A program made the translations under genes and the position numbers. A DNA stretch of 64,000 nucleotides from an uncultured virus (IMG/VR IMGVR_UViG_3300032073_000004). Taxonomy: Duplodnaviria; Heunggongvirae; Uroviricota; Caudoviricetes. Below are positions 46,582-57,000 of this stretch, in pieces. Position 1 is the first letter of the stretch; every line of letters starts with the position of its first letter. The DNA lies in the IMG/VR virus record IMGVR_UViG_3300032073_000004, positions 1 to 64,000 of that record, one strand, 5' to 3'. The notes below the pieces were generated by a model that searched no databases, was not told the DNA's origin, and was given only the letters and a program-made list of their open reading frames with translations.

Positions 46582-49500
46582 CTATTCTTTGTTATAGTTG
46601 AAGTTATACTTGAATTTCCTTCTTGGTTCTGGTGGAGTGTCAGCATCATCATAACAAATCGGACTTTCTCTATTAAGATCAGAGGGGTTAATAATTATAT
46701 ATCCCCCACTTCCAATTTTTAACTCTGCAATAGTGATATCGTGAGTTGCTCTTCTTGGAGTCGAGAGTGCCTCTTTGTTTTCGATGTAGTTGCTCTTTTG
46801 TATTTCTGCCGTAAGATCTATGTTCTTCTCTCTGCTGTCATACGCATCGAAAAGGTTTTGTCTTGCAGTGTCAATAACTGCATTTCCAACTGATGTTGCT
46901 GTTTTTTCTGCTCTCGTGGCCCACCAAGGACAGTTATAGCCTTCGGAGTTGTTGACTGGGTGGTGTGTTACTGACCACTTTGTCTTCACTGCACCGCAGC
47001 TATGGAGAGCATCCTGAAGAACAGGAAGCTTGTATTCAAAATGTGGATACTTGTGAACTATCTTGCTTCTATCTAAGACGTGACTTTCTATTGTCTTTAG
47101 GGAGTTTTCCAAAACATCAGCAGACATGGGGAGGAACTGAAAAAGCATATTATTAACAGCGTCATCAATCCATTTGAAGTATTCAAAATATGTTTCTGCG
47201 TCTGGGGTGTTTTCTACTCTTTCAAAAAACATCTTTCTCAGATATTCAAGTTGCTTGTATCTTTCCCTATATTTATTCGCGGGTGTTCCGATAGCCGTAT
47301 TCAAATCTCTCATGCTGGCAAAATATCTCATTATCTCGTCATTTATTGGCTGTGCGCTATTCATCTCGATGGAACTAAAGTATTCTTCTGGCTCTTGTTC
47401 TTTTTCAAATATCCTGTCATCTGTTGACAGAACCCTAACAAGCTGTGTCCCATCGGTAACTTCAGGATCTGTTTTCTCTACAGCATCCATATATTGTCTA
47501 TTTATTGCCAGCCCTGAACTTACAGGAAAGCCATATGCAACACCTGGGTGTTTAATGAAAACACTTTGAGCCAGGCTGGAACTTCCGTGTTGTCTCACTT
47601 TCGCGAGGGAGCCTGATGAAAAGTCTTTTGTGACAAAACTTCCTGCTGCGTCTGAGCCACTTACATCGTGGAATTCCCAAGCTAAAGCCAGAGAAGAAAC
47701 TTTCTTTACGCTCCCAGTGGCAGCAACGGAAATATTCTCAAGTGCACTTTCTGCACCAATATTAAATGGCTCCTTGCCGTGTCTCTCTATAGTCTTGTTG
47801 TCTAACTTGTCATTGTAGTATCTGATAGAAGAAGCTAAGACGTCACTGTAGTTCACCACTGCGCCTGTTATGTTAGTTCGATAAGCGCCAGCATAAACTC
47901 TCTTTGCCGAATCGAAGAACTCCTCTCCTCTAGAACTGGTAACGGAGGCCGTCACACTGAAAGAGTTAAGGGTTATATCTGACTGTGTATTATATCCGCA
48001 AAGCTCCAAAATATAACTACCAGTGGTACCGAGGTGGGAAATATGCGAAATAGGATATTTCTCGTGATAAACCTTAGCACCAATTACCCAATGCTGGTTG
48101 TTGTACACTTCGTCAAACGTACTACTGGTTAGTGATAAGCCGAAATGGGAAGAAGTAAGTTCAAAATATGCACCAGCCTGATTGTTGGCAGGTCTTACAC
48201 TTCTTATGATAAGTTCTGCGTTATCTCCTGCGACCCAAGTATTCGAGGTTGGTTTTGCTGAGGATGCTTCCTTTATTCCCATGAGAGAGTTTGTTCTAAA
48301 GGAAGGATTAAAAAGACTGGAGTCGTCTGAGACTGATGGTCTTTCTGGAAAAATAAATTGTCCTTCTAGAGTTGCGCCGAGGTGCCTTAGACTTGTGCCT
48401 CCGGCAAGGTAGGTTCTTTCATTGGAACCTCCGGCATCTGAGCCGTTGTACACTACTCCGTCTGTTCTTCCTTGCCCCAGAAAGTCAACATAGTTTTTTG
48501 GCTTGCTAACTTCTCTATATGAGTCTTTCATCGTATAGGTTGTGTTGTTGCCGTAAGTATTTACCCTAACCAAGTCTTCACTAATGCCGAAACAATGTAG
48601 CAGGTTTCTAAGTGCTTTCTTTGTTCCCTTAGATTTGTTTAAATAAGTTAGGTTATTGTATATGTTGTGAAAAATACTATTCTTTACTTTTATCACATCA
48701 TCTTCAAATATTATCTTTTCGCTCCTGTTACGAAAAGTTTCCAATACGCTAGCATCGAGAAAAATATCAGTTGCTTCAAAACCACGAGAACTCAAAGCCT
48801 GTTGCATGAAACTATAAGCAGAGTCAGTATCTGTGGGATATTCTATGTTTGAAATCTTTGATATATTGAAAATCTGTCCGTACAAAGTGTCCAGATAACT
48901 TGACATGACCTGGCAAAGATTCTTTAAGTTCTTGTTGTCATCCTCTTCTTGGATAAAACTTGCAAAGGAGCGATACAGACTGGTGTGGTTCTGATTATCA
49001 TACATACTTCCCGTTTTCTGCAAGGATGTCGCTAGTGCAGAAACATCAGGATGTGCAGAATAAATTATAGGGTCCTTTGCTTCTGCGTTGGCTGCGGCTG
49101 CAAGAACGATAGCAGAATCTGTGGAACGAGCGCCAACAGCATAACCAGTCCACTTCCCATTCGACATTCTTCCGGAATAGTCCAATACCTTGTTGTCTCT
49201 TGAATCTGTAGTGGCAGCGTTGAAAATTCCCTCGTTAAATTTAAAATATAACCCCAAGTCTGGATTTTTGTTCCTATCTGTGTTTGTTCCCCCGAAGACA
49301 TTGTTTCTCCATCCTCTTCCTATTTCTTCATATGTTCTGTGTTTTCTCCAGAATCTAAAGTCATCCAGAGAAGCTGAAAGTAGGCCCCAACCTTTGCCGG
49401 CATGTGCTCCACTTACGTTAGTATACAGAGAACCAATTTGGCCAGCCAAAGCTCCATTAAAGCTGCCTATTGAAGATCCTGTTGTAACTGTCTGGTTTAA

Positions 49501-50352
49501 TGCTCCGTTTCTATAAAGAGAGCAGTTTAAGTTTGAACCATTGTTCTTGAAAGTCAGGGCATAATGAGCCCAGTTGTTATCGTCAATATCTAAGCCCGTA
49601 CCAACCTCTGCGTAAAACGAACCACTTGAGCCAGACATCAATTCAAAGCGGAAAGCGTCTGCAGAAGAGCCAGACACGAGTTCAACTCGAAATCTCAAAT
49701 AAGAGGCTGCGCCGAATGTTGCGCCGTTGCTCACATCAAAGATTACTTGTTTGTCGCTCTGTGCCGTATTGAAAACTGGTTTCTTCATCCAGAATTCTAC
49801 CGTGGCTCCAGAGGTTCCAGTGAAAGAAAGGTTTGATTTCAAGTTCTCGTCTTCGTCGAACTTGTTTGCATCGGAAAAGTTTTGATATAAAGGCGACGAT
49901 GCCATTGGAGAAGAAGATGTATGAGGGCCGCCAACAAAATAAATATATTCATCTGAGGCTGGTTTTTTATAATTGTTTTGTGCTGCGACGGCAGCGAGGG
50001 TGCTGCCAAGGCCAATCTTAGCATGGCCGTTGGTTTTCGGATATAGGTTGTCGTACACATAAGTTTCTAAAGCCGATGCTGAGAGTTCCCAATGTATCTT
50101 CTCTGATTCCGAACCATCATATGGATAGCTATTATAAACATGCTTCATCGCAGAGTCATAGTACTCTTCTGCTAGACCATAAATGGCAAAGTTTTCTGGC
50201 TTAGAGTAGTCCAGGCGTGGTACGAGCTTCTTGTTATTAAGATTTGCTGCTTCGAGTGCTTTAAAACTCTCTACGCCTTCTGCCTTAAAGTCATCTAGGC
50301 TTCTCGCCTTAATGGGCTTCTTTGTATTTTTATATAAGTCTTTTAAAGACAT
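46582..50352 (-). CDS. Baseplate protein with LamG/ConA-like domains
   Basis: TVEFWMK, WAHYALT, LDDFRFW, LYFKFNEG (LamG); KSKGTKKALRNLL baseplate wedge-type motif. Confidence 0.8.
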   Translation of the reverse strand: MSLKDLYKNTKKPIKARSLDDFKAEGVESFKALEAANLNNKKLVPRLDYSKPENFAIYGLAEEYYDSAMKHVYNSYPYDGSESEKIHWELSASALETYVYDNLYPKTNGHAKIGLGSTLAAVAAQNNYKKPASDEYIYFVGGPHTSSSPMASSPLYQNFSDANKFDEDENLKSNLSFTGTSGATVEFWMKKPVFNTAQSDKQVIFDVSNGATFGAASYLRFRVELVSGSSADAFRFELMSGSSGSFYAEVGTGLDIDDNNWAHYALTFKNNGSNLNCSLYRNGALNQTVTTGSSIGSFNGALAGQIGSLYTNVSGAHAGKGWGLLSASLDDFRFWRKHRTYEEIGRGWRNNVFGGTNTDRNKNPDLGLYFKFNEGIFNAATTDSRDNKVLDYSGRMSNGKWTGYAVGARSTDSAIVLAAAANAEAKDPIIYSAHPDVSALATSLQKTGSMYDNQNHTSLYRSFASFIQEEDDNKNLKNLCQVMSSYLDTLYGQIFNISKISNIEYPTDTDSAYSFMQQALSSRGFEATDIFLDASVLETFRNRSEKIIFEDDVIKVKNSIFHNIYNNLTYLNKSKGTKKALRNLLHCFGISEDLVRVNTYGNNTTYTMKDSYREVSKPKNYVDFLGQGRTDGVVYNGSDAGGSNERTYLAGGTSLRHLGATLEGQFIFPERPSVSDDSSLFNPSFRTNSLMGIKEASSAKPTSNTWVAGDNAELIIRSVRPANNQAGAYFELTSSHFGLSLTSSTFDEVYNNQHWVIGAKVYHEKYPISHISHLGTTGSYILELCGYNTQSDITLNSFSVTASVTSSRGEEFFDSAKRVYAGAYRTNITGAVVNYSDVLASSIRYYNDKLDNKTIERHGKEPFNIGAESALENISVAATGSVKKVSSLALAWEFHDVSGSDAAGSFVTKDFSSGSLAKVRQHGSSSLAQSVFIKHPGVAYGFPVSSGLAINRQYMDAVEKTDPEVTDGTQLVRVLSTDDRIFEKEQEPEEYFSSIEMNSAQPINDEIMRYFASMRDLNTAIGTPANKYRERYKQLEYLRKMFFERVENTPDAETYFEYFKWIDDAVNNMLFQFLPMSADVLENSLKTIESHVLDRSKIVHKYPHFEYKLPVLQDALHSCGAVKTKWSVTHHPVNNSEGYNCPWWATRAEKTATSVGNAVIDTARQNLFDAYDSREKNIDLTAEIQKSNYIENKEALSTPRRATHDITIAELKIGSGGYIIINPSDLNRESPICYDDADTPPEPRRKFKYNFNYNKE

Positions 50353-51764
50353 CAGTCTACCCTAAATTTAAATGTTTCTCTTTGCTCTTCATACCTGTCT
50401 TCGAATTTGTAAAGAATTTTAATGGCATAAGAATAGCCACTAACCAGGTTTGACATATCAAAGTCAAAATAGTTAGACTCCCTGTCGTAAGACATTCTAG
50501 TGTGATTCAAACTTCCCGTACCATACCCAACAACTTGTTGTCCATCAACAACTCTGTATATTTTGTAAAATGCGTTTTCGAATATCTCACTTTGAATATT
50601 TTTATTTGCCACAGTATAAATTGTGGGACACCAATCTCTGTCCCTAACGTACAAGCGAAATCTTGTCTTTTCGCTCGGAGAATAAGATGGTTTCATGTTC
50701 ACGATATTGGTAACATAGTCTCCAATACCTGCCTGCACGTCGCTATCAAATGTTCTCACTGTTATTTGACTTCCCGTTGTGTAGGTGGTGGAACCGCTCG
50801 TCCATACATCGTAGAGATATGAACATGTCGTGTCAATGGCCACAGACGCCTTGTAGAGGCCGGTTGATACATAGCTACCCGTTGCTCTGGTCTTGCCGTC
50901 AGAAAGCGTTAGAGCGGAGCCTGTAGGCCCTGTAGAGCCACTATAAAAGCTTACATAAATACTTCCTGTCCCGATGGACGGAATATTGGTAAGTTTTCCC
51001 CTTATTCTATTATAGATGTATACATGATTCAAGTTGTCTGCACCTGGGGCTAATGAGCTGCTAGCATAAAAAGAGTCTCTTCTGTCTGCAACAGTTGAAT
51101 CCCATCTTGCTTCGATGACTGGCTTTTTAAGTTCATATTGTGTATTTCTTGCAAAAAACTTTTTAGTATAATAACTTCTGGTTGCAGTCTCTAAACTAGA
51201 GGTTAGTTGGATGCCAAAACCATAGTTACTCTTTGCTCCCGCTATCCACTGCTCCACCAAAGGAGTTACATCTAGTTCCAAGTGCTCAAGCCCAGTATCA
51301 AAAGTTTGAGTAAAGACTGGCGCTGCATGGTAGTCTCCACCAGCAGCAGACCAAGTGACAGCTGTAGTTGCTGTTGTCCAGTTTGACACATCCTTATCTG
51401 AATAGTCTTCCATGTCTAGACCAATTCCTTCGGTCCATGAGCGAGAAACAGCATTCACCACAAGGTTGTAGCTCTTTGGCACAGTTTGGCTGTGCTCTGC
51501 GTTAAACATCTTCAGATAAAAACGAACACTACCAGAGACAGGTATGTCTCCACTTGTTCGGTCTTGAGATATTGTGGTCACTGGAAACGAAACTAAGGAA
51601 CGGGCAAGCTCAGAAGAAGAGGTCGAATACTGACCGTAAATGCTGAACACTTCCAAAATATCGGAAGCTCCCATGTTAGAGCCCGTCCCCCGAAGAGAGA
51701 ACGTACTATTGTAAGCATTTGTGATTGTGTTGTCGGCATTTGCCGAATATCTTTTAAAAGCCAT
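50352..51764 (-). CDS. Virion structural protein with DNRLRE/CBM96-like domain
   Basis: WTEG.G, W..AGGDY, LDVT.LV.QW..G...NYGF, P.IEARW motifs. Confidence 0.7.
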   Translation of the reverse strand: MAFKRYSANADNTITNAYNSTFSLRGTGSNMGASDILEVFSIYGQYSTSSSELARSLVSFPVTTISQDRTSGDIPVSGSVRFYLKMFNAEHSQTVPKSYNLVVNAVSRSWTEGIGLDMEDYSDKDVSNWTTATTAVTWSAAGGDYHAAPVFTQTFDTGLEHLELDVTPLVEQWIAGAKSNYGFGIQLTSSLETATRSYYTKKFFARNTQYELKKPVIEARWDSTVADRRDSFYASSSLAPGADNLNHVYIYNRIRGKLTNIPSIGTGSIYVSFYSGSTGPTGSALTLSDGKTRATGSYVSTGLYKASVAIDTTCSYLYDVWTSGSTTYTTGSQITVRTFDSDVQAGIGDYVTNIVNMKPSYSPSEKTRFRLYVRDRDWCPTIYTVANKNIQSEIFENAFYKIYRVVDGQQVVGYGTGSLNHTRMSYDRESNYFDFDMSNLVSGYSYAIKILYKFEDRYEEQRETFKFRVD

Positions 51765-53557
51765 TAGATTACCGATCCTTTAATATCTGCTTTTGGCAAC
51801 TTTATTTCGTAAACCACATTCTTTGGCAGGTTGATATCTCTTCCGTCTCTTGAGGTGTGCTTGTCGATGTCTAGATATATTCCAGAATAAGATGCTCCCG
51901 TCTTGTTTACAATAGAAACATTTTGAGTATCCAAAACTCCCTCTACAGCGTTTAGGTGCTGATATATCTCTGATATTGAAAAGTCCTCTCCAATATGGGC
52001 GACTTTTTCTGCATAAACCTCTTGAAGCCTCAGAAGACAATTGTTTAGTACATCTGCACTTTCATAGTCCTCTCTGACCGATATGCTAAAGTTTATTCCA
52101 AAGTTCGCTATCTTGCCGTCAAGAATATCCACTGTGTCGTTAATCATCTTATTTTTTGAAACCCAAGTTTTTAGGTTGTTTTTTAGAATTGTATTTGCGG
52201 TTGTCAAAGAGCCATCAACATTCTCTGTTAGGACATAGATGTTCATATTCTTTCTTACAGATTGCGGGTCTTTGCATATCTTGGCTCTCTTTACCGAACC
52301 AAACTTTGCAGGCATTAAATAACACATGGCCTCATAGTCTTGCTCTGTTACAGCTCTGTTTTGTGCACCAAACGTATTCATTGCTCTCACTTTGATATCT
52401 TCAACGGTCAAGTCAATATTATCTCCAGTGATAGGTTCATCGTTTGTGCTCTCCAAAGAGCCACGAACGACATTAGAAGTAGTGACACTTAGCAGCTCTT
52501 CATTATCAAAAGATATTTCTTTTCTCACCACTTTGTCTAAAGTGTTGGAAGCAACATTTGTGTTGCTCGTTGTGTTTCTTCTATAAGTTATAAAAAGAGT
52601 AGTATTTGCCGGACTAACGCCCATCTTATCCGAAGATACCAATTTGTTTGGGTCCAGTACTTCGTCGGTGACGTAATGTTTTCCGGATATCTTCATGGCA
52701 ATATTAGAGGGATCGAGAGCTTTGTCTGCAGCGAAGTCCTCTTCCTGGCCAGCGCCAAACTGAAGTTCGACCCTATCTCTAAAAAAGTCTGTCGTAAATC
52801 TTCTCGATGCCACAAAGGGCTTCATAATCTGAGGTGCCTGAGTTCTTGAGCCTGGGTCTACATTCTTTATCGCTTTGTATACTGTGTTCTGACTCAGATA
52901 GTCTACTTCGTAATATTCATTACCCAGAGAGTCTGTAACTGATATTATCTCGTTTATATCTGCTATGCTCACCGTAACTCTTTTGAACTTTTTAAATTCA
53001 CCGACTACAATCTCTGCTCTATTCTTTGTTCCCGACGAAACCTTTCCATAAGCCTTCAGTGCATAATATGTGACTGCATTGGTGGAGGAGTCGAACCTAG
53101 CTGCAGTTGCTTCGCCGTTCTTAAAATCTACATCTTGGTCTAGAATGAAAGATGTACCATTTTTGGACATGAGCTCTGCTCCTGCCTTTAAGACGGGAAT
53201 ATAGCTTTGATTTATTTTTGTGCCATCGCCAGATGCAGGGACCAAAACAAAAAAGGCTGCGAGCCCTTGAGAAGAGGGAGTATTTGTAAACTTGTAGCCA
53301 GACTGTTTTGCCAGTGCAATAACATTGTCAATCTCTGAGGCGTTTTGTAAAAATGTCTCATTTGCTTGATAATCCAAATAAAAAGACAAAGAGTCCCCAA
53401 TATAGGAGACTGTATCCATCATGAGCGAACCGAAGCCTGCTTTACTAAAATCTTGATATGAATTCGGATAGTATCTTTTGGAATATTCTATAAGAGATTT
53501 CTTGATTGAATCGAAGTCTCTTGATGTATAATCTATGAACTTACTTTTTTTAGGCAT
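51764..53557 (-). CDS. Baseplate wedge subunit (T4 gp6 / baseplate J-like)
   Basis: DYTSRDFDSIK..L, SYIGD.LSFYLD.QANE, LQFG, QNRAVTEQDY. Confidence 0.9.
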   Translation of the reverse strand: MPKKSKFIDYTSRDFDSIKKSLIEYSKRYYPNSYQDFSKAGFGSLMMDTVSYIGDSLSFYLDYQANETFLQNASEIDNVIALAKQSGYKFTNTPSSQGLAAFFVLVPASGDGTKINQSYIPVLKAGAELMSKNGTSFILDQDVDFKNGEATAARFDSSTNAVTYYALKAYGKVSSGTKNRAEIVVGEFKKFKRVTVSIADINEIISVTDSLGNEYYEVDYLSQNTVYKAIKNVDPGSRTQAPQIMKPFVASRRFTTDFFRDRVELQFGAGQEEDFAADKALDPSNIAMKISGKHYVTDEVLDPNKLVSSDKMGVSPANTTLFITYRRNTTSNTNVASNTLDKVVRKEISFDNEELLSVTTSNVVRGSLESTNDEPITGDNIDLTVEDIKVRAMNTFGAQNRAVTEQDYEAMCYLMPAKFGSVKRAKICKDPQSVRKNMNIYVLTENVDGSLTTANTILKNNLKTWVSKNKMINDTVDILDGKIANFGINFSISVREDYESADVLNNCLLRLQEVYAEKVAHIGEDFSISEIYQHLNAVEGVLDTQNVSIVNKTGASYSGIYLDIDKHTSRDGRDINLPKNVVYEIKLPKADIKGSVI

Positions 53558-53579
53558 AAAAAACCCTCGCTGCTACTCT

Positions 53580-54068
53580 CTAAATAGAGATATAGTCAGA
53601 TAATTCTCCCCTATCGTTGAATAAAAGAGTGGCCCCTTCTTGAATTGAAGAAACAAATATCTGCATTAACACTAAAATTTTATTATTGTCTTCGGTATCC
53701 TCGACAACCTCAAGTCTAGTAATATCCATGTATGGCATATACTTGTTGTATTGAGAAGATATCCTACCCCTTATATCATCGAGCAGGCTTTCTGAAATAT
53801 TTTCAAATAAATAAGTTTGCAGCCCCACTCCAAATTCTGGGTCCATTACTCTTTCTCCCGGAATTGTGAACATTATCATTTTTGCATTTTGTTTTATCAA
53901 ATCAATATACTCATCAACATGAGCAAAGTCCAAAGTATCGTCCTTCTTTAGGGGGATAGATGGGGTAATGTTATTGCTCTCTGCACCCTCCATCCTGAAC
54001 TTCTTTTGAATATCACTTAAACTTCTAATATTATTCTTTACCATTTTAACACCCTCTTGCTTTTCCAA
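53580..54068 (-). CDS. Baseplate gp25-like protein (likely start ~54044)
   Basis: TIPGERVMDPEFGVGL..YLFE signature. Confidence 0.88.
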   Translation of the reverse strand: MEKQEGVKMVKNNIRSLSDIQKKFRMEGAESNNITPSIPLKKDDTLDFAHVDEYIDLIKQNAKMIMFTIPGERVMDPEFGVGLQTYLFENISESLLDDIRGRISSQYNKYMPYMDITRLEVVEDTEDNNKILVLMQIFVSSIQEGATLLFNDRGELSDYISI

Positions 54069-57000
54069 ACTTTGACATGTCTAGAATACTAAATGTTGTT
54101 TCGCTCTCTGGCTTGCAAAGAGAGTAAGAAGAGTCTTCGACCTCATCTGGCTCCTCTGATGCCTCTTCACCCTTGTCACAAATAATGCACGAACCGTCTT
54201 GTCTTATGTTCAGGCCTATGTTGTCTAGCTCTCGTTTGAGATCTTCGTTCTCTAGCACTTGATTGCTCGATATCCCATCAAGTAAAAATAAGAGAGGATC
54301 GACAGCGGCATAATATATTAGGCCGAAAGGAGTTGGAATAAAAGGAGGTGCACCGACAACAAGAGGGGCATAAGTTACCCCAAGGGCAGTTAACTGAGTC
54401 ATACCGGGAAAGTCTACCCGGACCCCTGGATAAACTGGAGTGTTTATGGGTAGGCATCTCTTGGGATCTGAAAATGGTATTTCAAATGACTTTTCCTCTA
54501 ATTTTGGTATTATCAAGCCTGCCTTCAATAGTTCAACTATTGTCTGCGTTATTAGCGTGTGAGGATCTGCTGTCTTTACCCAGCCCTTGTAAACCTGCAG
54601 CGGCGTTCGTAACATGAAAAGAAGCAAATCTGGGTTCCAACTATGAGCAGGGAATTCAAAAGTTTTGGATGCCTGAGATGAATTACATTCCTCGAAACTC
54701 TTGTTGTAATCTGAAAGTTCTTCTCCTATCGCTGTCAGCATGGCTATGTTGTGTTTCGTTTGTGAAAACATCTGTTCAAACTCTTGAGATGTGTTGGCCA
54801 TATATGCATAAGAAGAGACGAGGGAAGTATATTTATCCAAGTCAAACGAAAAGTCAAACATAATTCTAAATTCGTCATCCTTCGCAACTTGCCTTAATAA
54901 ATTGCTGAACAGTTGGTCGCTTAGTGTTAAGTCAAAGTCTAGAGGTATTTGCTCAGTATGGACATGATCGTGCGTGATGTTCTTTTTATATTTTACTAAA
55001 ACATAGTTGTTTATGCTGTCGCGGTTAAGGGGAGTGTACTTTTCTCCGTCGGCAAAGGTAACTGGATAGTCTTCATTGTGTTCTTCGATCATAGCCAGAA
55101 CTTCTTCCTCGGTCTTGTTGAAAAATCTTATGCTCCTGTCTGTTAGTAAGCCCGGCTCTTGTCCGGAGGCGAACTCTTGTAGCGGCCAAGAGCTTGGCCT
55201 CTTATAATTACCTCGCAGCGACGAAGCTTTCGATAGCCACACGTTCATCTCCGCCTGCACCACTGCAGGCTTTATGGTGTTTCCTACAATGTCGTGTGTG
55301 TGCTCTTTGTTCACTGCATCGTTGTAACTTATGTAGTATCTGTCCACAACCATCCTGCCGGTAGTCTCCGAAGTGATATCTTCGGAACTAATACTTTGAT
55401 GTTCTTCGCTTGGCAAAGAAACCGCATTGTGATGGTGGGACTTCACAACAATTCTTTTTGTTCTGACTCTGCCAAAGTCTGGATCTGGTAAGGAATAGCT
55501 TCCATCTGTTTCAACATAGTCAAAAGCAATGTTGAGGTCTTTCTCTGTTGTTTTAAGCTCTTTCGAGGAATCTCTTGTGAAGAACTGTTCTATGTCACAA
55601 GGGTCTGCAGTATCGACCCCCAAGTTTTGCAGTGCCTGCTCTCTAGTCTCCTCGTATGAGCATAAGACATGAACGAACATCATCTCTTGGTAGTCACCAC
55701 TGTCAACAACCTGAACATGTGCCTTATCACTTTGCTCCACTTTGTCGAAATCTATGTTTTGCAAAATTTGCAAGTCTATCTTTTGGTCTTCTGGCGTTTG
55801 CTCTACTACGCCGTACTTGTTGAGATACATATTTGGCTCTTGCTTCTCGACGTAGGCTACTCTAACCCCGTATGCTGCAACATCTTTGCTAAGAAGCAAC
55901 TCTTCGTTATCCCACTCAAAGTCATACCTTACTTGATCAGGGTTTGGATCTCCCTCCATATGAAACCTTCTCATCTTCGTAATAACTTCGCCGTTGATGC
56001 CTCTGACATATTTTTCTAGAATTATCTTTCCCTTGCTTGCGTCTTGCCAGTTAAAGTCTTTAAATCTGTTTTTCTCCACAGATAAAACTTGCAAGGAGTC
56101 TACAAATTTCTCTCTCAAAGCAAGGTCCACAACGTTCTGCTCTTCTTCTGTAATCGAAGGTACCTCGCAAACATTATTTATATTTTGCTTCAACTTTTTA
56201 GTGACCTCAAGATATTCTCTTTCAATAAGGTAATCTAGCACCTCAAAAAGGCCATCCTTTGAATCGCTAACAATCGGACGGTCTGAAAAGTCGTAATACG
56301 ATCCCATCTCTTCACCGGAAGTTGGATACTTAAACTTTGAGTCAACCATGCTATTGTTTGCTTTTATTATCGCCTTAGACATTTTTGGGGTCATGTTAAA
56401 AGTTTCCGACATCTCCGTCATCATTCTCTTTTTTATCAACTCTTTAGTTAAAGCATCCATTGGCTTGTTATAGTACAAGATGGGGACTATAGCCTGTAAT
56501 ACATATTCTAGGCAATACGCTCTCACGAGCATCAATGCCGACATCGAGGCCATTGTCATAGACATTGGCGTATCTACATTCTTATCTGCAGAAACATTGT
56601 ACTTCCTATTTTCTTGTGAATTTAAATGAGCAAACAACGATGTCGCTAGTTCGTAGATGCTGTCAAAGTTGAACAGCCTTGGATCTTTCTTTGCCTTCTT
56701 ATGTGCGGGGCTCTGCGTAGGATTGAAGTTTATAAAATGAGCGCCAATAAGACTCTCTCCGGTATCAACATTCTCTGTCCCGTTTACTGGAGTTATAAGT
56801 GGGCTGCTGGATAATTCTTCACTGAGAAAGGATATTATCTCGCGAGTTATCCTGTCAAAAACTGAAGTTTGTTTTTCCGTGAAGTTATCCAAGTATGGCT
56901 TTAGCATCTTGTTTTCGATAGTAGCAATATAAGAAGCTCTATCTGCTGCAGATTCAGAAGCTTGATAAACCTTTGTCCAATATCTCCTCATCAGGACATT

